This document shows positions 27,931 through 38,240 of a stretch of DNA of 40,919 bases, piece after piece. The first letter of the stretch is position 1; each line of letters opens with the position of its first letter. Both the position numbers and the translations under genes were made by a program. Under the pieces are notes generated by a model that did no database searches, was not told the DNA's origin, and saw only the letters and a program-made list of their open reading frames with translations. This DNA comes from a bacterium (lineage in GTDB: Bacteria; SZUA-182; DTGQ01). Location: assembly GCA_040752695.1 (NCBI GenBank), contig JBFMGO010000001.1, positions 103,434 through 144,352 of the forward strand. The letters are read 5' to 3'.

Positions 27931-30678
27931 ATGCGGGTTAACCATGATCGGCGAAGACAGACAGGAACTTTTCGTTGGTGTATGGCCCTTGTTCTATTTA
28001 TCGCGAGTACAGGTATCATGAGTATAGCCATACCAGGGTGTATTCACTCCCGGAATGGAGAAGACACTGGCTCTGCACCTTGCCGCACTGCGCCGTCCGA
28101 TAGTGTGAACAACGATGCCGCTTCATTTGTTCCTTCCGAGCCCTGCAATGTTGTGCTGATTACCATTGATACGCTCAGGGCCGATCATCTTGGATGCTAC
28201 GGCTACAAGGGCGTAAAAACACCCAATATCGATGCCCTGGCCCGGCAGGGAATACTGTTTTGGCAGGCTTATACGCCGGTGCCGGTCACCTTTCCTTCTC
28301 ATGTGTCCATTCTCACTGGAACGTACCCTCCCTTTCACGGGGTGCGCAATAACGGCAATTTTATCCTGGACAACAAGGTGGTGACCCTGGCCGAGATTCT
28401 GGCTGATCACGGGTATAAAACAGCGGCTTTCATCGGGGCCTATGTCCTGGACTCCTATTATGGATTGGATCAGGGATTTCAAAGGTACAATGATGATTTT
28501 TCCGAAGGGGCAAACAACGATGAACTCCTGTTTCAGGAAAGAACCGCTGAACAGGTCACCAATGCCGCATTGAAGTGGCTGGCAAAAAACGGCCAATCCC
28601 GCTTTTTTATCTGGGTTCACTATTTCGACCCTCATTCGCCCTATGCTGCACCTTCGCCCTTTCGGGAGGAGTATCTACAGAATCCCTATGACGGAGAAAT
28701 CGCTTATACTGATCACTGGCTGGGGGTTTTGTTCCGTAAGCTGCAAGAGTGGCAGCTCGATGGCAAAACCATGATTATCCTTACTGCCGATCATGGTGAG
28801 AGCCTTGGAGAACATGGAGAATTAACCCATGGGATATTTGTCTATGATTCCACTCTGCGGGTCCCCTTGCTTATGAAAGGCAGTTCACTTTCCTCTTCGA
28901 AAACTGATTCTTCTTTGGAAACAGACCCGAAAGCAGGCTTCGAAGCAGGACTGACAACAACAGGCATGGAAACAGAACCGGAAACAGGCACAAAGGCCGT
29001 TTCGCAACTGGTTCGAACCGTGGACATTATGCCCACCATTTTACAGGCGCTGGGGATCAGCTACCAGGGTCCGATTCATGGGGAGAGCCTCCTTTCTTTG
29101 ATCGATGGTCAGCCGGATAAGGAGGAGAGGGTCTTATATTGCGAATCGTATTTACCCTATTATAATCATGGCTGGAGTTCTCTGGCAGGGCTGCGCACCC
29201 TGGACTGGAAATATATCAAGGCACCCGAACCGGAAATGTATGACCTTGGGAAGGATCCCCTGGAGAAGCAGAACCAGATTCTGAAGTTTCCGGCTGTCAG
29301 GGAGAGGATGGAGGGAAAGCTTCAAGCCCTGCTTTCTGCAATAACTTCTCCTCCCGCTGCGAAAAGCGGCACCGGCAGCGCGCTGCCGGACCAGGATCAG
29401 ATGAATAAACTGATGAGTCTGGGATATATCCGCACCACCACACCCCCAAAGCGGGGTAACGAGCCTTTGGCGGATCCGAAAGACAAGATCGGGCTTTTAG
29501 AGTACCTGGATCGAGGTTTTGGATTTTTGCAGGCACAGGACCCCAATCGAGCCATAAGAGAGTTTACCGCCTTGATCGAGCTTGATCCCGGAAATCTCTT
29601 CGCCCATCTGATTCTTGGCTCAACCTATTGTAACAGAATGTTGTATGATTTAGCTTTGAAAGAATTTCAAAAAGTGGTCCAGATCGACGATACCTATATG
29701 GACATTCATTGCCGCCTGGCCTCTGTATATCAGGCAAAGGGGTTGCATGACCGGGCAATCGAGGAGTACAAACTGGCCATCAGGAACTATCCCAGGTGTG
29801 CAGAAAATTATAACCTCCTGGCCGCCGCATATATACGCCAAAAGCAGTACGACCAGGCCATCGAGCAATTGAAGGAATGCCTCAGAATAAAGCCTGACTT
29901 TGTTCGGGCACATAATAATCTTGGCCTGGCGTATGGAAAGAAAAAAAATTATGCACCTGCCATAGAAGAATTCCAAAAAGCTTTGAGTGAGAACCCTGCG
30001 ATTGCGGAAATATATAATAATCTGGGCTGTGTGTATCTGGAGGTGGGAATCCTGATCGAGCAGAAGGAACATACCTTTCCGTTTCCCATTTCATCAAAGG
30101 AGATGGAAGAGATTTACCTCTTGGTTCCGCAGTTGAAAGACCATCCGGCCATTGCTTTCGATCTGGCCCGGGATGCTTTCGAAAAAGCCTTGAAGATCGA
30201 TGCCCGCTACAAGGATGCCAGGATAAATCTGGGGCTGGCCTACTTGAACGGCGGCTCTGTGGAAAAGGCAATTTCCGAGTATCAAAAAATTCTGGCTGAT
30301 GACCCTGCGGATATGCAATCCCGTTTGAATCTGGCGGTCGTGTATTTACAGGGAGGTTTGATTGAGCAGGGAAAGAAAAGTTTTGAGAAGGTCCTTGAGA
30401 TGGACCCTGACAATATGATGGCCCATTACTACCTGGGATCGATCTATTCACAAATGAATCAACTGGAAAAAGCTGCGGCACAATTCCGCCGGATGACCGA
30501 GATCCAGCCCCGAAACCCGGATGCACACTTTTATCTGGGAGAGGCTTACAGAGCCAACGGCCAAACCGCGAACGCTATCGAGGAATATCGAAAATCTCTT
30601 GAGTATAACCCCCACCACAAAAGAGCGCAAGAGAGTCTTTCCCTGTTAAGTTCGTCCGGGAATGTGGAAAAAAAGTAG
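27931..30678 (+). CDS. Alkaline-phosphatase/sulfatase-superfamily domain plus multiple TPRs
   Basis: NVVLITIDTLRADHL, TPNID, VTFPSHVSILTG, HYFDPHSPY, TADHGE, C-terminal TPR array (e.g. AHNNLGLAY). Confidence 0.88.
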   Translation: MRVNHDRRRQTGTFRWCMALVLFIASTGIMSIAIPGCIHSRNGEDTGSAPCRTAPSDSVNNDAASFVPSEPCNVVLITIDTLRADHLGCYGYKGVKTPNIDALARQGILFWQAYTPVPVTFPSHVSILTGTYPPFHGVRNNGNFILDNKVVTLAEILADHGYKTAAFIGAYVLDSYYGLDQGFQRYNDDFSEGANNDELLFQERTAEQVTNAALKWLAKNGQSRFFIWVHYFDPHSPYAAPSPFREEYLQNPYDGEIAYTDHWLGVLFRKLQEWQLDGKTMIILTADHGESLGEHGELTHGIFVYDSTLRVPLLMKGSSLSSSKTDSSLETDPKAGFEAGLTTTGMETEPETGTKAVSQLVRTVDIMPTILQALGISYQGPIHGESLLSLIDGQPDKEERVLYCESYLPYYNHGWSSLAGLRTLDWKYIKAPEPEMYDLGKDPLEKQNQILKFPAVRERMEGKLQALLSAITSPPAAKSGTGSALPDQDQMNKLMSLGYIRTTTPPKRGNEPLADPKDKIGLLEYLDRGFGFLQAQDPNRAIREFTALIELDPGNLFAHLILGSTYCNRMLYDLALKEFQKVVQIDDTYMDIHCRLASVYQAKGLHDRAIEEYKLAIRNYPRCAENYNLLAAAYIRQKQYDQAIEQLKECLRIKPDFVRAHNNLGLAYGKKKNYAPAIEEFQKALSENPAIAEIYNNLGCVYLEVGILIEQKEHTFPFPISSKEMEEIYLLVPQLKDHPAIAFDLARDAFEKALKIDARYKDARINLGLAYLNGGSVEKAISEYQKILADDPADMQSRLNLAVVYLQGGLIEQGKKSFEKVLEMDPDNMMAHYYLGSIYSQMNQLEKAAAQFRRMTEIQPRNPDAHFYLGEAYRANGQTANAIEEYRKSLEYNPHHKRAQESLSLLSSSGNVEKK

Positions 30679-30800
30679 CTATCAGGAAGCGCCCCTTTTT
30701 TCGAGGTCGATCAAATTTTATGAATGTTCCGATAAATATCCGTAAGGGGCATTTTTATAAGCAGGCACTGAAAAATTAGGTGAGGGGAAAAGGGGGAGCT

Positions 30801-31124
30801 ATGGATAAGGAACGATATTATCATAATTATCGTACGAAAAATGATCATATGAATTCCGGGTACATAACGAAGGGAGAAGAATCAGAACAAAGAGGGGAGA
30901 TGGAATTTTCTGTCTTGCCGAGGGAAAGGTTAGTCAGTGATATTGAGAGACGGCTATTGACGATCGAAAAAATTTTGCGGAAGTTGAGCAGTGGTATATC
31001 CATTGATTCACCACCCATTGATTCAACAACTATTCATTCAAGGTGCGAGTCATTAAGGGCTGTAAATCCAATTGAAGTCCACACTATGGTATCCCGAAGT
31101 ATCGAGGGCTTGTCAATCGAATAG
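30801..31124 (+). CDS. Hypothetical protein
   Basis: GGGGGAG RBS before ATG 30801; short coiled-coil-like segment; no recognised motif. Confidence 0.4.
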   Translation: MDKERYYHNYRTKNDHMNSGYITKGEESEQRGEMEFSVLPRERLVSDIERRLLTIEKILRKLSSGISIDSPPIDSTTIHSRCESLRAVNPIEVHTMVSRSIEGLSIE

Positions 31125-31399
31125 TAAGGGATAACCGGAGCTTTCCCTCAGAATGACGAAAGGTGGACAAATTGAGCCCATGGGTCATCACTCTCCCCAT
31201 AGATTGTTGCTTGACAGGGCACCAGCTTGCAGCAGGAAATATTCCCATCCTCCATTAGAGTCCATTGTCCGGATAGTCCGCAAGTCCAGAGGCTGATTTT
31301 AAGGAACCTGCGATTCCTGATCTTGGGTGAATGAGTGACAGTTATTCCAACCCGGGATGAATAAGCGGTATTTATTTTGTTTATTGAAGTGCAAAAAAA

Positions 31400-31429
31400 T
31401 TGACAATTTGATCCCTGCTTTAATATAAT
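31400..31429 (+). promoter_or_regulatory. Sigma-70-type promoter
   Basis: TTGACA-N18-TATAAT with both hexamers perfect. Confidence 0.55.
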
Positions 31430-31607
31430 ATTAACATAATACTAATATAAGCATTGTGGCTTTCCTGCACACTGGGCATGCTGTCTTGGAAAAAAGACAG
31501 TATTTTTTGAGCGAGTACCTATCCAAAAACTATAGTCAGAATCTTTTCATGCGAACTGCAGGGCACGCAAGCACAAGCAAAGCACAAGGACATGCTCTAT
31601 GCAATTA

Positions 31608-31623
31608 TGGCATGGAGCATGCA
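31608..31623 (+). promoter_or_regulatory. Candidate sigma-54 promoter upstream of the multiheme cytochrome
   Basis: TGGCATGGAGCATGCA (GG-N10-GC). Confidence 0.5.
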
Positions 31624-32137
31624 TCTTCTAGCATAGATGTTTGCATAGAGGAGGCCGGAGGAATAGATACATTTTGAAATGTGATCTCCATATCCTTGGG
31701 CTCAGAACAAGGGGATGACCTTTAAGGAGGCGGCGGGGGAATGGGCCGGTTGGGCTGGCTGGCTAAGAAGTATTACTTTGGATCCGGCTTTTGCCATTTC
31801 GGGTGGAGCGATAAATCTCCCCCCCGAAAAGCATAATTTTTCGCCCCTGCCCCTTTTGTTTTTCTCGAAAGTCTCTTCTGTTCGATCGGCAGAGCAGTGT
31901 TTTGTTTTACCTTCGGAACGACAGGTAGTAATCTTCGAATGACATCTGAATGACCGCTTATTGCATGCCCAGTGTACAAAAGGCGGCTTTCAGGGGGAGA
32001 CGCCCTCAGCCGGAAAAACCGGATACAGTGAGGACGGGTATTACTGTTTTAACGTCAAAGGTGCTTTTTTATATTTTTATTTCTTTTAAGGTCGGCTAAA
32101 AAAGATAAATTTATTTACTGGTTAGACGAGGTTTACG

Positions 32138-35100
32138 ATGGCTAAAGCAAAGAGCATGAAAAAATGGGCAGCGATGCCCGCAGTAACTATCCTCTCTCTG
32201 ATTTTTTTCTTTTTATTTCCGGCGATATGTTACTCTGCCAGTCCGCAACTGTTATGCACTATGCATACAAATGATCCACGGGGGCCGCAGGTCAGTTGTA
32301 CTTATTGCCACGAGGACCCTTATCCCGGGCATCTGAATGATTATGCGAATCTGGCTGACACCGGTGTTTGTAATCAATGCCATAGTCCAACCGGACAATT
32401 CGACGGGGTAAACAGGAGTGACACAGGGGCCAAGGCGAACTGGCTGAGCGGTGTATATGATGAGAACGGCAAGCTGAAGGAAGGCAAGGAAAAATGGTGT
32501 GTTGGCTGTCATGATGATGGTGTCTGTACAATCCTTGATGTGCCGGCGCCTAATATTGCAGGCTTATCCGAGGATGGAGATTGGCAGAGCCCTGCTGCTA
32601 TCGTCGCTCCGAGCGTAGCAGGTGCGGATCTGTTGCTGGACGGTGACCTTGAGACCGGGAGTACGGGCGGCGGGATAATCTTTGATCTAGGTTCTTCAGA
32701 TGTGCATGTTTCTCACGTCAGGCTTTATACCTCCTCAGCCACTGGTGAAACAGCCAATTGGGAAATCTGGGGAACAAATGTTCCTGAATCCTCCTGGGAT
32801 GAATCCTCGTGGACCAGGATTTTAATCGGACCAGATATACTTTTGACAGCAGCTACCTGGAAAACGGGTGAGCAGGAGAATTGGAATGAGATCGGATTGG
32901 ACAATTTTATTCCGGTCCGTTATCTCAAGCTGGTCAAGAAGAGTCCATGGCCTTTAAGCAGCCGCTACCTTCGTGAATTTGAGTTTAAGAGGGCCGTGCG
33001 GTACGGCTACTATGTTACCGGCCATAAAATCGGGTGTGATAACTGCCATGACACGGGCTCAACCACGGCCAGCACACACGTCGATGGTGTAGCTCAAACC
33101 TACAGGGCCAGTTTGAATAACCATCAGATTGGCTACCGGCTGAAAAGTGTGGAAGTGAACGGGGAACCTGTACCGCCTCTGGAAATTCCCCGAACCGGCT
33201 GCAACAGCGGGGATAATCCCAGGACCGGCAACGACTTTGCCCTGTGCTTTGCCTGCCACGATAAATACAAGCTGCTGGGCGATGCCTATGGTACGGACCC
33301 CCTTGGCACGGACGAATTCGATCAATACCCTCTGGCAACGAACTTTCGAAACGATACCCACACAGATGACAGTGGTAACGTGAGCAATGAGCATCTTCGC
33401 CACTTACGGGGAAGAGGCTACTGCGGAAACGGCCTGGACTGGGATTCCGACTGGGACGGCACTGGAGATTCACCGCAGAGCTGCCCTGCCTGTCACAATA
33501 TTCATGGCTCTCCCAACCCTGCCATGACCAGACGTGGTGAACTGGCCAGCAAAACGGACACGTCAGAAAAATCTCCCATGTTCAATTTTCAGTATCTGAA
33601 TGCACAGGGGAAAAGGGATCCTTCCCTCAATGTCACCAGGAGCACTGGCGGCCAGACCCAGTTCTATGCACCAGGACCGGGAACAGTAGCGAAAAACAAA
33701 ATTTGCAATATGTGCCACTGTGACTTGATAACTTACTACCGCACTGATGCAGTCTCACCCATTGCCCAGTGTCAGGATTGCCACAACAATATGTCGGACA
33801 CGGCAATTCATGGTCCGAGCCACGCTACTCATCTTGAGGCAGATCATCGGGGACCAACCATCGGCTGTACGATTTGCCACAGCGATTGCGGTCCCGATGC
33901 CGGCAGCCCGCACTTGAAACTGTTCCTCGATGGCAAACCACTGGCACAGACTACTGTCTGCGATCCCTGCCATAGTAAGGATGGTGACTTTGATGGTGTA
34001 AATGATCCGGTGATTGGAGCCAAGGTCAACTGGTATGATGGAGTATATCAACAGCCCGATCGACTTGTGCTGAAGTCCAGCGCGGAAAACAAGCTGGAAA
34101 ATTGGTGCGCCACCTGCCACGACGCAGGTACATCGGTTTGCAGCGGAATCACGGCCCCGAACGTGATGGGGGACAATGCCACCTATGGCTACAACATTAC
34201 CGGTCACAAGATTGCCTGCTCGCACTGCCATGACCTGACCGCTGTCCATACGGATGGTGATAGCCGCAGCTATTCCCATAACTCTGATCCTTCGAATAGC
34301 GGTGATCTCCATAACTATCAAAATGGATACCGGTTAAAGTATTCGATGACTATTCCCTTAGGTGCTCCTGACGGGAGTGCCGAGCAACGATTCGCCCTCT
34401 GCTTTGAGTGCCATGAGTACAGTAACATCATGGGCAGTATCGAACCATATCAGACTAATTTCCAGGATTATGATCCAGCCACGCTCAACCAGATCAATCG
34501 ACACCGGTCTCACGTAACTGCCGGGGCGATTGCATGGGATTCCGATTGGGATTATTTGCAGGTTGAGGCGGACGAGGCACTGGATTCGCGTATGAGCTGT
34601 CCTGCCTGTCATAATGTCCATGGAGCTCCCAACCCGGTCATGATCCGTCATGGCGAGCTCATCAGCACTTCCGGAACCAAGGACAAGGTTCCTGCTTTGA
34701 GCTTCCGCTGGTACAAAGATGATGGATACACCGAGACCATCTTTGGCGAACTGAGCCGCTATGGAGATATGCCATCGCTTGGCGGCGTAGGAGGAGGAAC
34801 ACTGCAAGAAAGCAAGGTATGTATCGGCTGCCACGGTGGCTCCGTTCTTCTCAAATACGACCGTGACCATGATTACCAGATCCTGCAAATGCCACTGACC
34901 GATTCCCAGGGCAATGGCTGGGTCAGACCTCCGCTTCCGCCCTCAATGCGGGTCTTGAATCCGGCCCACGGAAGCGAGGATATTGAGGTAGATCACGAGG
35001 TGAGTTTCATACTCCTGTCCAATGGGGTCAATGCGCTTGATCTGAATACTCTCTCGGTCTCCCTTGATGGGACGAGCTCTTCCTCCCAAACGTATGAGTA

Positions 35101-36100
35101 TGGTAATAGCGGTATCATCGTTGATGAAATACTTCTGTTGAGTCGTCAGGGCTGTTATATGGTGACCGTCCATCCTTCAAGATTTGACGATCAGGAGAGA
35201 ATCACCGTGACGGTACATGTCCGGGATGTCGTCGGCAACGAGCTGACTTCTCCCGTGTGGTATTTTGAAACTGGCGATTCCTCTTCCGTAATCTGGAGGA
35301 CTCCGGTAGCGGTTCGTAATGAGAGTAACTACTGGTATCCGGATCTCTTAATCGATGATAACCCATTGACTGGAAATCCTTACTCTCCCTTCGGCTCTCA
35401 TTGGGCGGTCTACGATCTGGGAGATACTTATGAGGTAGGCCAATTCCGGGTTTTGATTCCCTCTCCGCAAGGCAGAACATGGACTATCTCAGTGAGCACT
35501 GCGGCTGATCCGGAAAACTTTGTTGCTGTAAAGACAAACTGGTATGCCGAGCCAGTCTCGGTTACCGTAGATAACCCCGAAGCCACTTTTACTGGTGTCT
35601 GGTCCGTCGAAAATACCGTTATCGGCTATTATGGGACCAATTATCAGAAGGCTACAGCCGCATTCGAGGATACTACCGCTACCTGTACCTGGACGCCCCA
35701 GATTCCCGCTTCCGGCAACTATGAGGTCTACGCACGATGGACAAGCGCTGCCGACCGGATCGATGATGCAACGTATACGATTAACTATGATGGCGGCTCA
35801 GAAGATAAGGTCGTGGATCAGAAGGTGAATGGAGGCCAATGGAATCTTCTGGGCACCTATTTCTTTGTTCAGGGGACTTCCGGCAGTATTGTTTTAAGTA
35901 ATCAAACCTCTTCGGTGGATGCTGGGAGCCTCTACGTGATAGCTGATGCTGTGCGATTGATACCGGCAGGCTCTCTTCCAGCCTGGGTCAGCACTCCCGT
36001 TACTCCTATGTATGGAAGGTATCTCAAGCTCTATACAGGATTCGGGCCTTTACCCGCGGACACCCTCAGGGAGTTGGATTTTGCCGAACCCGCTCCATAA
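32138..36100 (+). CDS. Large secreted multiheme cytochrome c (15 CxxCH) with duplicated heme module, discoidin-like, Ig-like and golvesin-like domains
   Basis: Signal peptide; 15 CxxCH counted by eye; internal duplication (WDSDWD, SCPACHN.HG.PNP.M, TGHKI.C..CHD each twice). C-terminal TWTPQIPASGNYEVYARW...VDQKVNGGQWNLLGTY...VIADAVRL. Confidence 0.92.
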   Translation: MAKAKSMKKWAAMPAVTILSLIFFFLFPAICYSASPQLLCTMHTNDPRGPQVSCTYCHEDPYPGHLNDYANLADTGVCNQCHSPTGQFDGVNRSDTGAKANWLSGVYDENGKLKEGKEKWCVGCHDDGVCTILDVPAPNIAGLSEDGDWQSPAAIVAPSVAGADLLLDGDLETGSTGGGIIFDLGSSDVHVSHVRLYTSSATGETANWEIWGTNVPESSWDESSWTRILIGPDILLTAATWKTGEQENWNEIGLDNFIPVRYLKLVKKSPWPLSSRYLREFEFKRAVRYGYYVTGHKIGCDNCHDTGSTTASTHVDGVAQTYRASLNNHQIGYRLKSVEVNGEPVPPLEIPRTGCNSGDNPRTGNDFALCFACHDKYKLLGDAYGTDPLGTDEFDQYPLATNFRNDTHTDDSGNVSNEHLRHLRGRGYCGNGLDWDSDWDGTGDSPQSCPACHNIHGSPNPAMTRRGELASKTDTSEKSPMFNFQYLNAQGKRDPSLNVTRSTGGQTQFYAPGPGTVAKNKICNMCHCDLITYYRTDAVSPIAQCQDCHNNMSDTAIHGPSHATHLEADHRGPTIGCTICHSDCGPDAGSPHLKLFLDGKPLAQTTVCDPCHSKDGDFDGVNDPVIGAKVNWYDGVYQQPDRLVLKSSAENKLENWCATCHDAGTSVCSGITAPNVMGDNATYGYNITGHKIACSHCHDLTAVHTDGDSRSYSHNSDPSNSGDLHNYQNGYRLKYSMTIPLGAPDGSAEQRFALCFECHEYSNIMGSIEPYQTNFQDYDPATLNQINRHRSHVTAGAIAWDSDWDYLQVEADEALDSRMSCPACHNVHGAPNPVMIRHGELISTSGTKDKVPALSFRWYKDDGYTETIFGELSRYGDMPSLGGVGGGTLQESKVCIGCHGGSVLLKYDRDHDYQILQMPLTDSQGNGWVRPPLPPSMRVLNPAHGSEDIEVDHEVSFILLSNGVNALDLNTLSVSLDGTSSSSQTYEYGNSGIIVDEILLLSRQGCYMVTVHPSRFDDQERITVTVHVRDVVGNELTSPVWYFETGDSSSVIWRTPVAVRNESNYWYPDLLIDDNPLTGNPYSPFGSHWAVYDLGDTYEVGQFRVLIPSPQGRTWTISVSTAADPENFVAVKTNWYAEPVSVTVDNPEATFTGVWSVENTVIGYYGTNYQKATAAFEDTTATCTWTPQIPASGNYEVYARWTSAADRIDDATYTINYDGGSEDKVVDQKVNGGQWNLLGTYFFVQGTSGSIVLSNQTSSVDAGSLYVIADAVRLIPAGSLPAWVSTPVTPMYGRYLKLYTGFGPLPADTLRELDFAEPAP

Positions 36101-36278
36101 CCAAAAGGAGTAAGTGAGGAGAGAGTATGGAATGATTCACCGGGATATGGTAAGTGAGGTAAGCATTGATCCTTTGGTGAGCATCCATAGGTGAATAGAG
36201 GATAATATTGGGTTAGTACGATGCAGCAGATTCCCTGCAACGAGCGTGGTGGGGGTCTTGCTGAATCAAGAAAAGCAT

Positions 36279-36332
36279 AAGGGCCTTGTCCTCCTGCTCC
36301 TTTAAAGGAGGAGGAGGACAAGGCCCTTTTTT
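36279..36332 (+). terminator. Terminator hairpin, copy 1 of a duplicated hairpin
   Basis: AAGGGCCTTGTCCTCCT...AGGAGGACAAGGCCCTT followed by a T-run. Confidence 0.75.
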
Positions 36333-36711
36333 TATGCTCCCTCATCTATCCATTGGAGGGGAGACCAATTTGATCGGGGCAATGTCTCATGAGCGCGAAA
36401 CAGTGAGTTCCAAAATCCTCCTATCCCGCTATACAAGAGAAAAGCTTTTGCCCTTGCTACCTTTCGAGGATTTTTTTACCGTTTCCTGGTGATGCTTTGA
36501 ATCCGGTGAACCCGCCTTGTGGTGTTTTGCCCAATGCCCGCCTGCCATTTGACCAGGCAACACTCGATCTTGGCGGGGCAAAAGAGCCCACCCTACAGAG
36601 TATCATTTATTTCATCCCGCTCTATTGACCCATATTAATCCATGAAGGTGTGACCCAAGGAAGCGCAGTGTACCGGAAGATAATAGACTCTTTGTTGGAG
36701 GGGTAATTATT

Positions 36712-36757
36712 AGGGCCTTGCCTCCCGCTTTTATAGAAGCCGGAGGACAAGGCCCTT
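36712..36757. terminator. Hairpin, copy 2 with nearly the same stem sequence
   Basis: AGGGCCTTGCCTCC...GGAGGACAAGGCCCT. Confidence 0.6.
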
Positions 36758-36875
36758 TCCACAATCAGGGGAATAAGGGGGGGATAGGAAAATTCCCCTG
36801 ATTTTTATGGCAATAGCATAGAGAACCTTTTAATTTTCCGGAGATCATTTAAGTCCCCCCAATTCTCAGGTCATG

Positions 36876-37739
36876 CTAGATTATTCCCAATCCCAGTAAA
36901 GACAGGCTGGATAAGCCTACACCAGCCAATCCAAGGCCGCCAAGGCCGCCCAGCCCGGCCAATCCGCCATACGGATCTAGACCATAGGCACCGTACAGTC
37001 CGCCTAAGCCATACATTCCAGCACCATACAGTCCGGCACCATACAGGCCGGCACCGTACAGTCCGCCTAAACCGTACATTCCAGCGCCGTATAGACCGGC
37101 ACCACCGTACAGGCCACTTAAACCGTACATTCCAGCACCATAGAGACCTGCACCGTACATTCCAGCACCACCATATATTCCAGTCAACCCTCCTCCAATG
37201 CCGGTATATCCACCGCTGCTATAGACGTTTCCATAGGGACTATAGCCATATGTGCTGCCATAAGTGGAGGGGTATCCGTATCCAGTGCCGTAGGAAGAGT
37301 ACCCATAGCCTGTGGAAGGATATCCATACCCAGTGCCATAGGAAGAGTATCCGTAGCCTGTGGAAGGATATCCATACCCGGTACCGTAGGAAGAAGAGTA
37401 TCCGTAGCCTGTGGAAGGATAGCCATATCCAGTGCCGTAGGAAGAAGAGTATCCGTAGCCTGTGGAGGGGTATCCGTATCCAGTGCCGTAAGAAGAGTAT
37501 CCGTAGCCTGTGGAGGGGTATCCGTATCCAGTGCCGTAAGAAGAGTATCCGTAGCCGGTACCGTAAGAGGGATATCCGTATGAGGTGCCATAATAGCTGC
37601 TTGCATAAGGATTATAACTGCTATAGGTAGTGGTGTAATCATATTGGGCCCAGCAAAGGGGTACGATAATCATGAAATTCATAATCATGAATAATATCCA
37701 TAAGCTCTGAGAGCTTAAAGGGTAACCTTTTTTCTTCAT
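36876..37739 (-). CDS. Secreted Gly/Tyr/Ser repeat protein
   Basis: AAGGAG RBS, signal peptide ending CWA|Q, about 6 x GYGYSS(S)[10 protein letters not shown], then G(L/M)YGAG repeats; ends LLGLGII. Confidence 0.85.
   Translation of the reverse strand: MKKKGYPLSSQSLWILFMIMNFMIIVPLCWAQYDYTTTYSSYNPYASSYYGTSYGYPSYGTGYGYSSYGTGYGYPSTGYGYSSYGTGYGYPSTGYGYSSSYGTGYGYPSTGYGYSSSYGTGYGYPSTGYGYSSYGTGYGYPSTGYGYSSYGTGYGYPSTYGSTYGYSPYGNVYSSGGYTGIGGGLTGIYGGAGMYGAGLYGAGMYGLSGLYGGAGLYGAGMYGLGGLYGAGLYGAGLYGAGMYGLGGLYGAYGLDPYGGLAGLGGLGGLGLAGVGLSSLSLLGLGII
37250..37580 (-). repeat. Coding tandem repeat (48-51 nt unit)
   Basis: Repeated GAAGAGTATCCGTAGCCTGTGGA.GG.TATCC.TA.CCAGTGCC units with synonymous variation in the Gly/Tyr frame. 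Confidence 0.85.
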
Positions 37740-37897
37740 TCACTTGCTCCTTGATTAAATGCTTTTAGTTTCAATAACCAGTATTTACCCATATTTTTAT
37801 ATACCTATTTATCCATATCTATCCTTTTCCCCCCTTTTTATATCTGTCCCGCTGGTTCGCCGTAAAGTCACTTCAGCCGCGATATTCTGTGGAAGGC

Positions 37898-37913
37898 AGC
37901 AAGAAGAGTGCCA
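37898..37913 (-). promoter_or_regulatory. Sigma-54 promoter for 37739-36876
   Basis: TGGCACTCTTCTTGCT on the minus strand, near-perfect match to TGGCAC-N5-TTGCW. Confidence 0.75.
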
Positions 37914-38114
37914 CTGCAGATTTATTCAATTACCCATTTCATAGCCCGATGATAGCAGTAGATGCGCATGAGTCCCCTTGGTCTTTGAGACAAGGACAAT
38001 TCAATGGCGAGACCCAAACCTTTTCAGTTTTTCCTTGAGGCTTTCCCTTGAAAATCCCTATAGGTGCTGCTTTACAGGAGATCATACAAAATATACCTTA
38101 ATCATAAAATCTAT

Positions 38115-38129
38115 GTCATTATTTACTAC
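38115..38129. promoter_or_regulatory. Candidate enhancer between divergent sigma-54 promoters
   Basis: GTCATTATTTACTAC, same pattern as 4566-4580 and 4598-4612. Confidence 0.45.
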
Positions 38130-38240
38130 CTTTTGTACATTACATTCCCTCCACTGATGGTGATGATACTTTTTCTTCTGGGGTGTAATTCTTCAGAAGA
38201 TCAGGGTTAACCTGCAAAAGAAAATTTTTAAAACCGGACC

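Noticed and set aside
37250..37580. Regularly spaced repeats resembling a CRISPR array
   Set aside because: There are no unique spacers, unit lengths are multiples of 3 with synonymous variation, and no cas genes are present; this is a coding repeat.
37184..37642. Alternative-frame repeat ORFs (ATDTLL.., SIRSLW..)
   Set aside because: By-products of the repeat; the Gly/Tyr frame has the RBS, signal peptide and synonymous-site variation.
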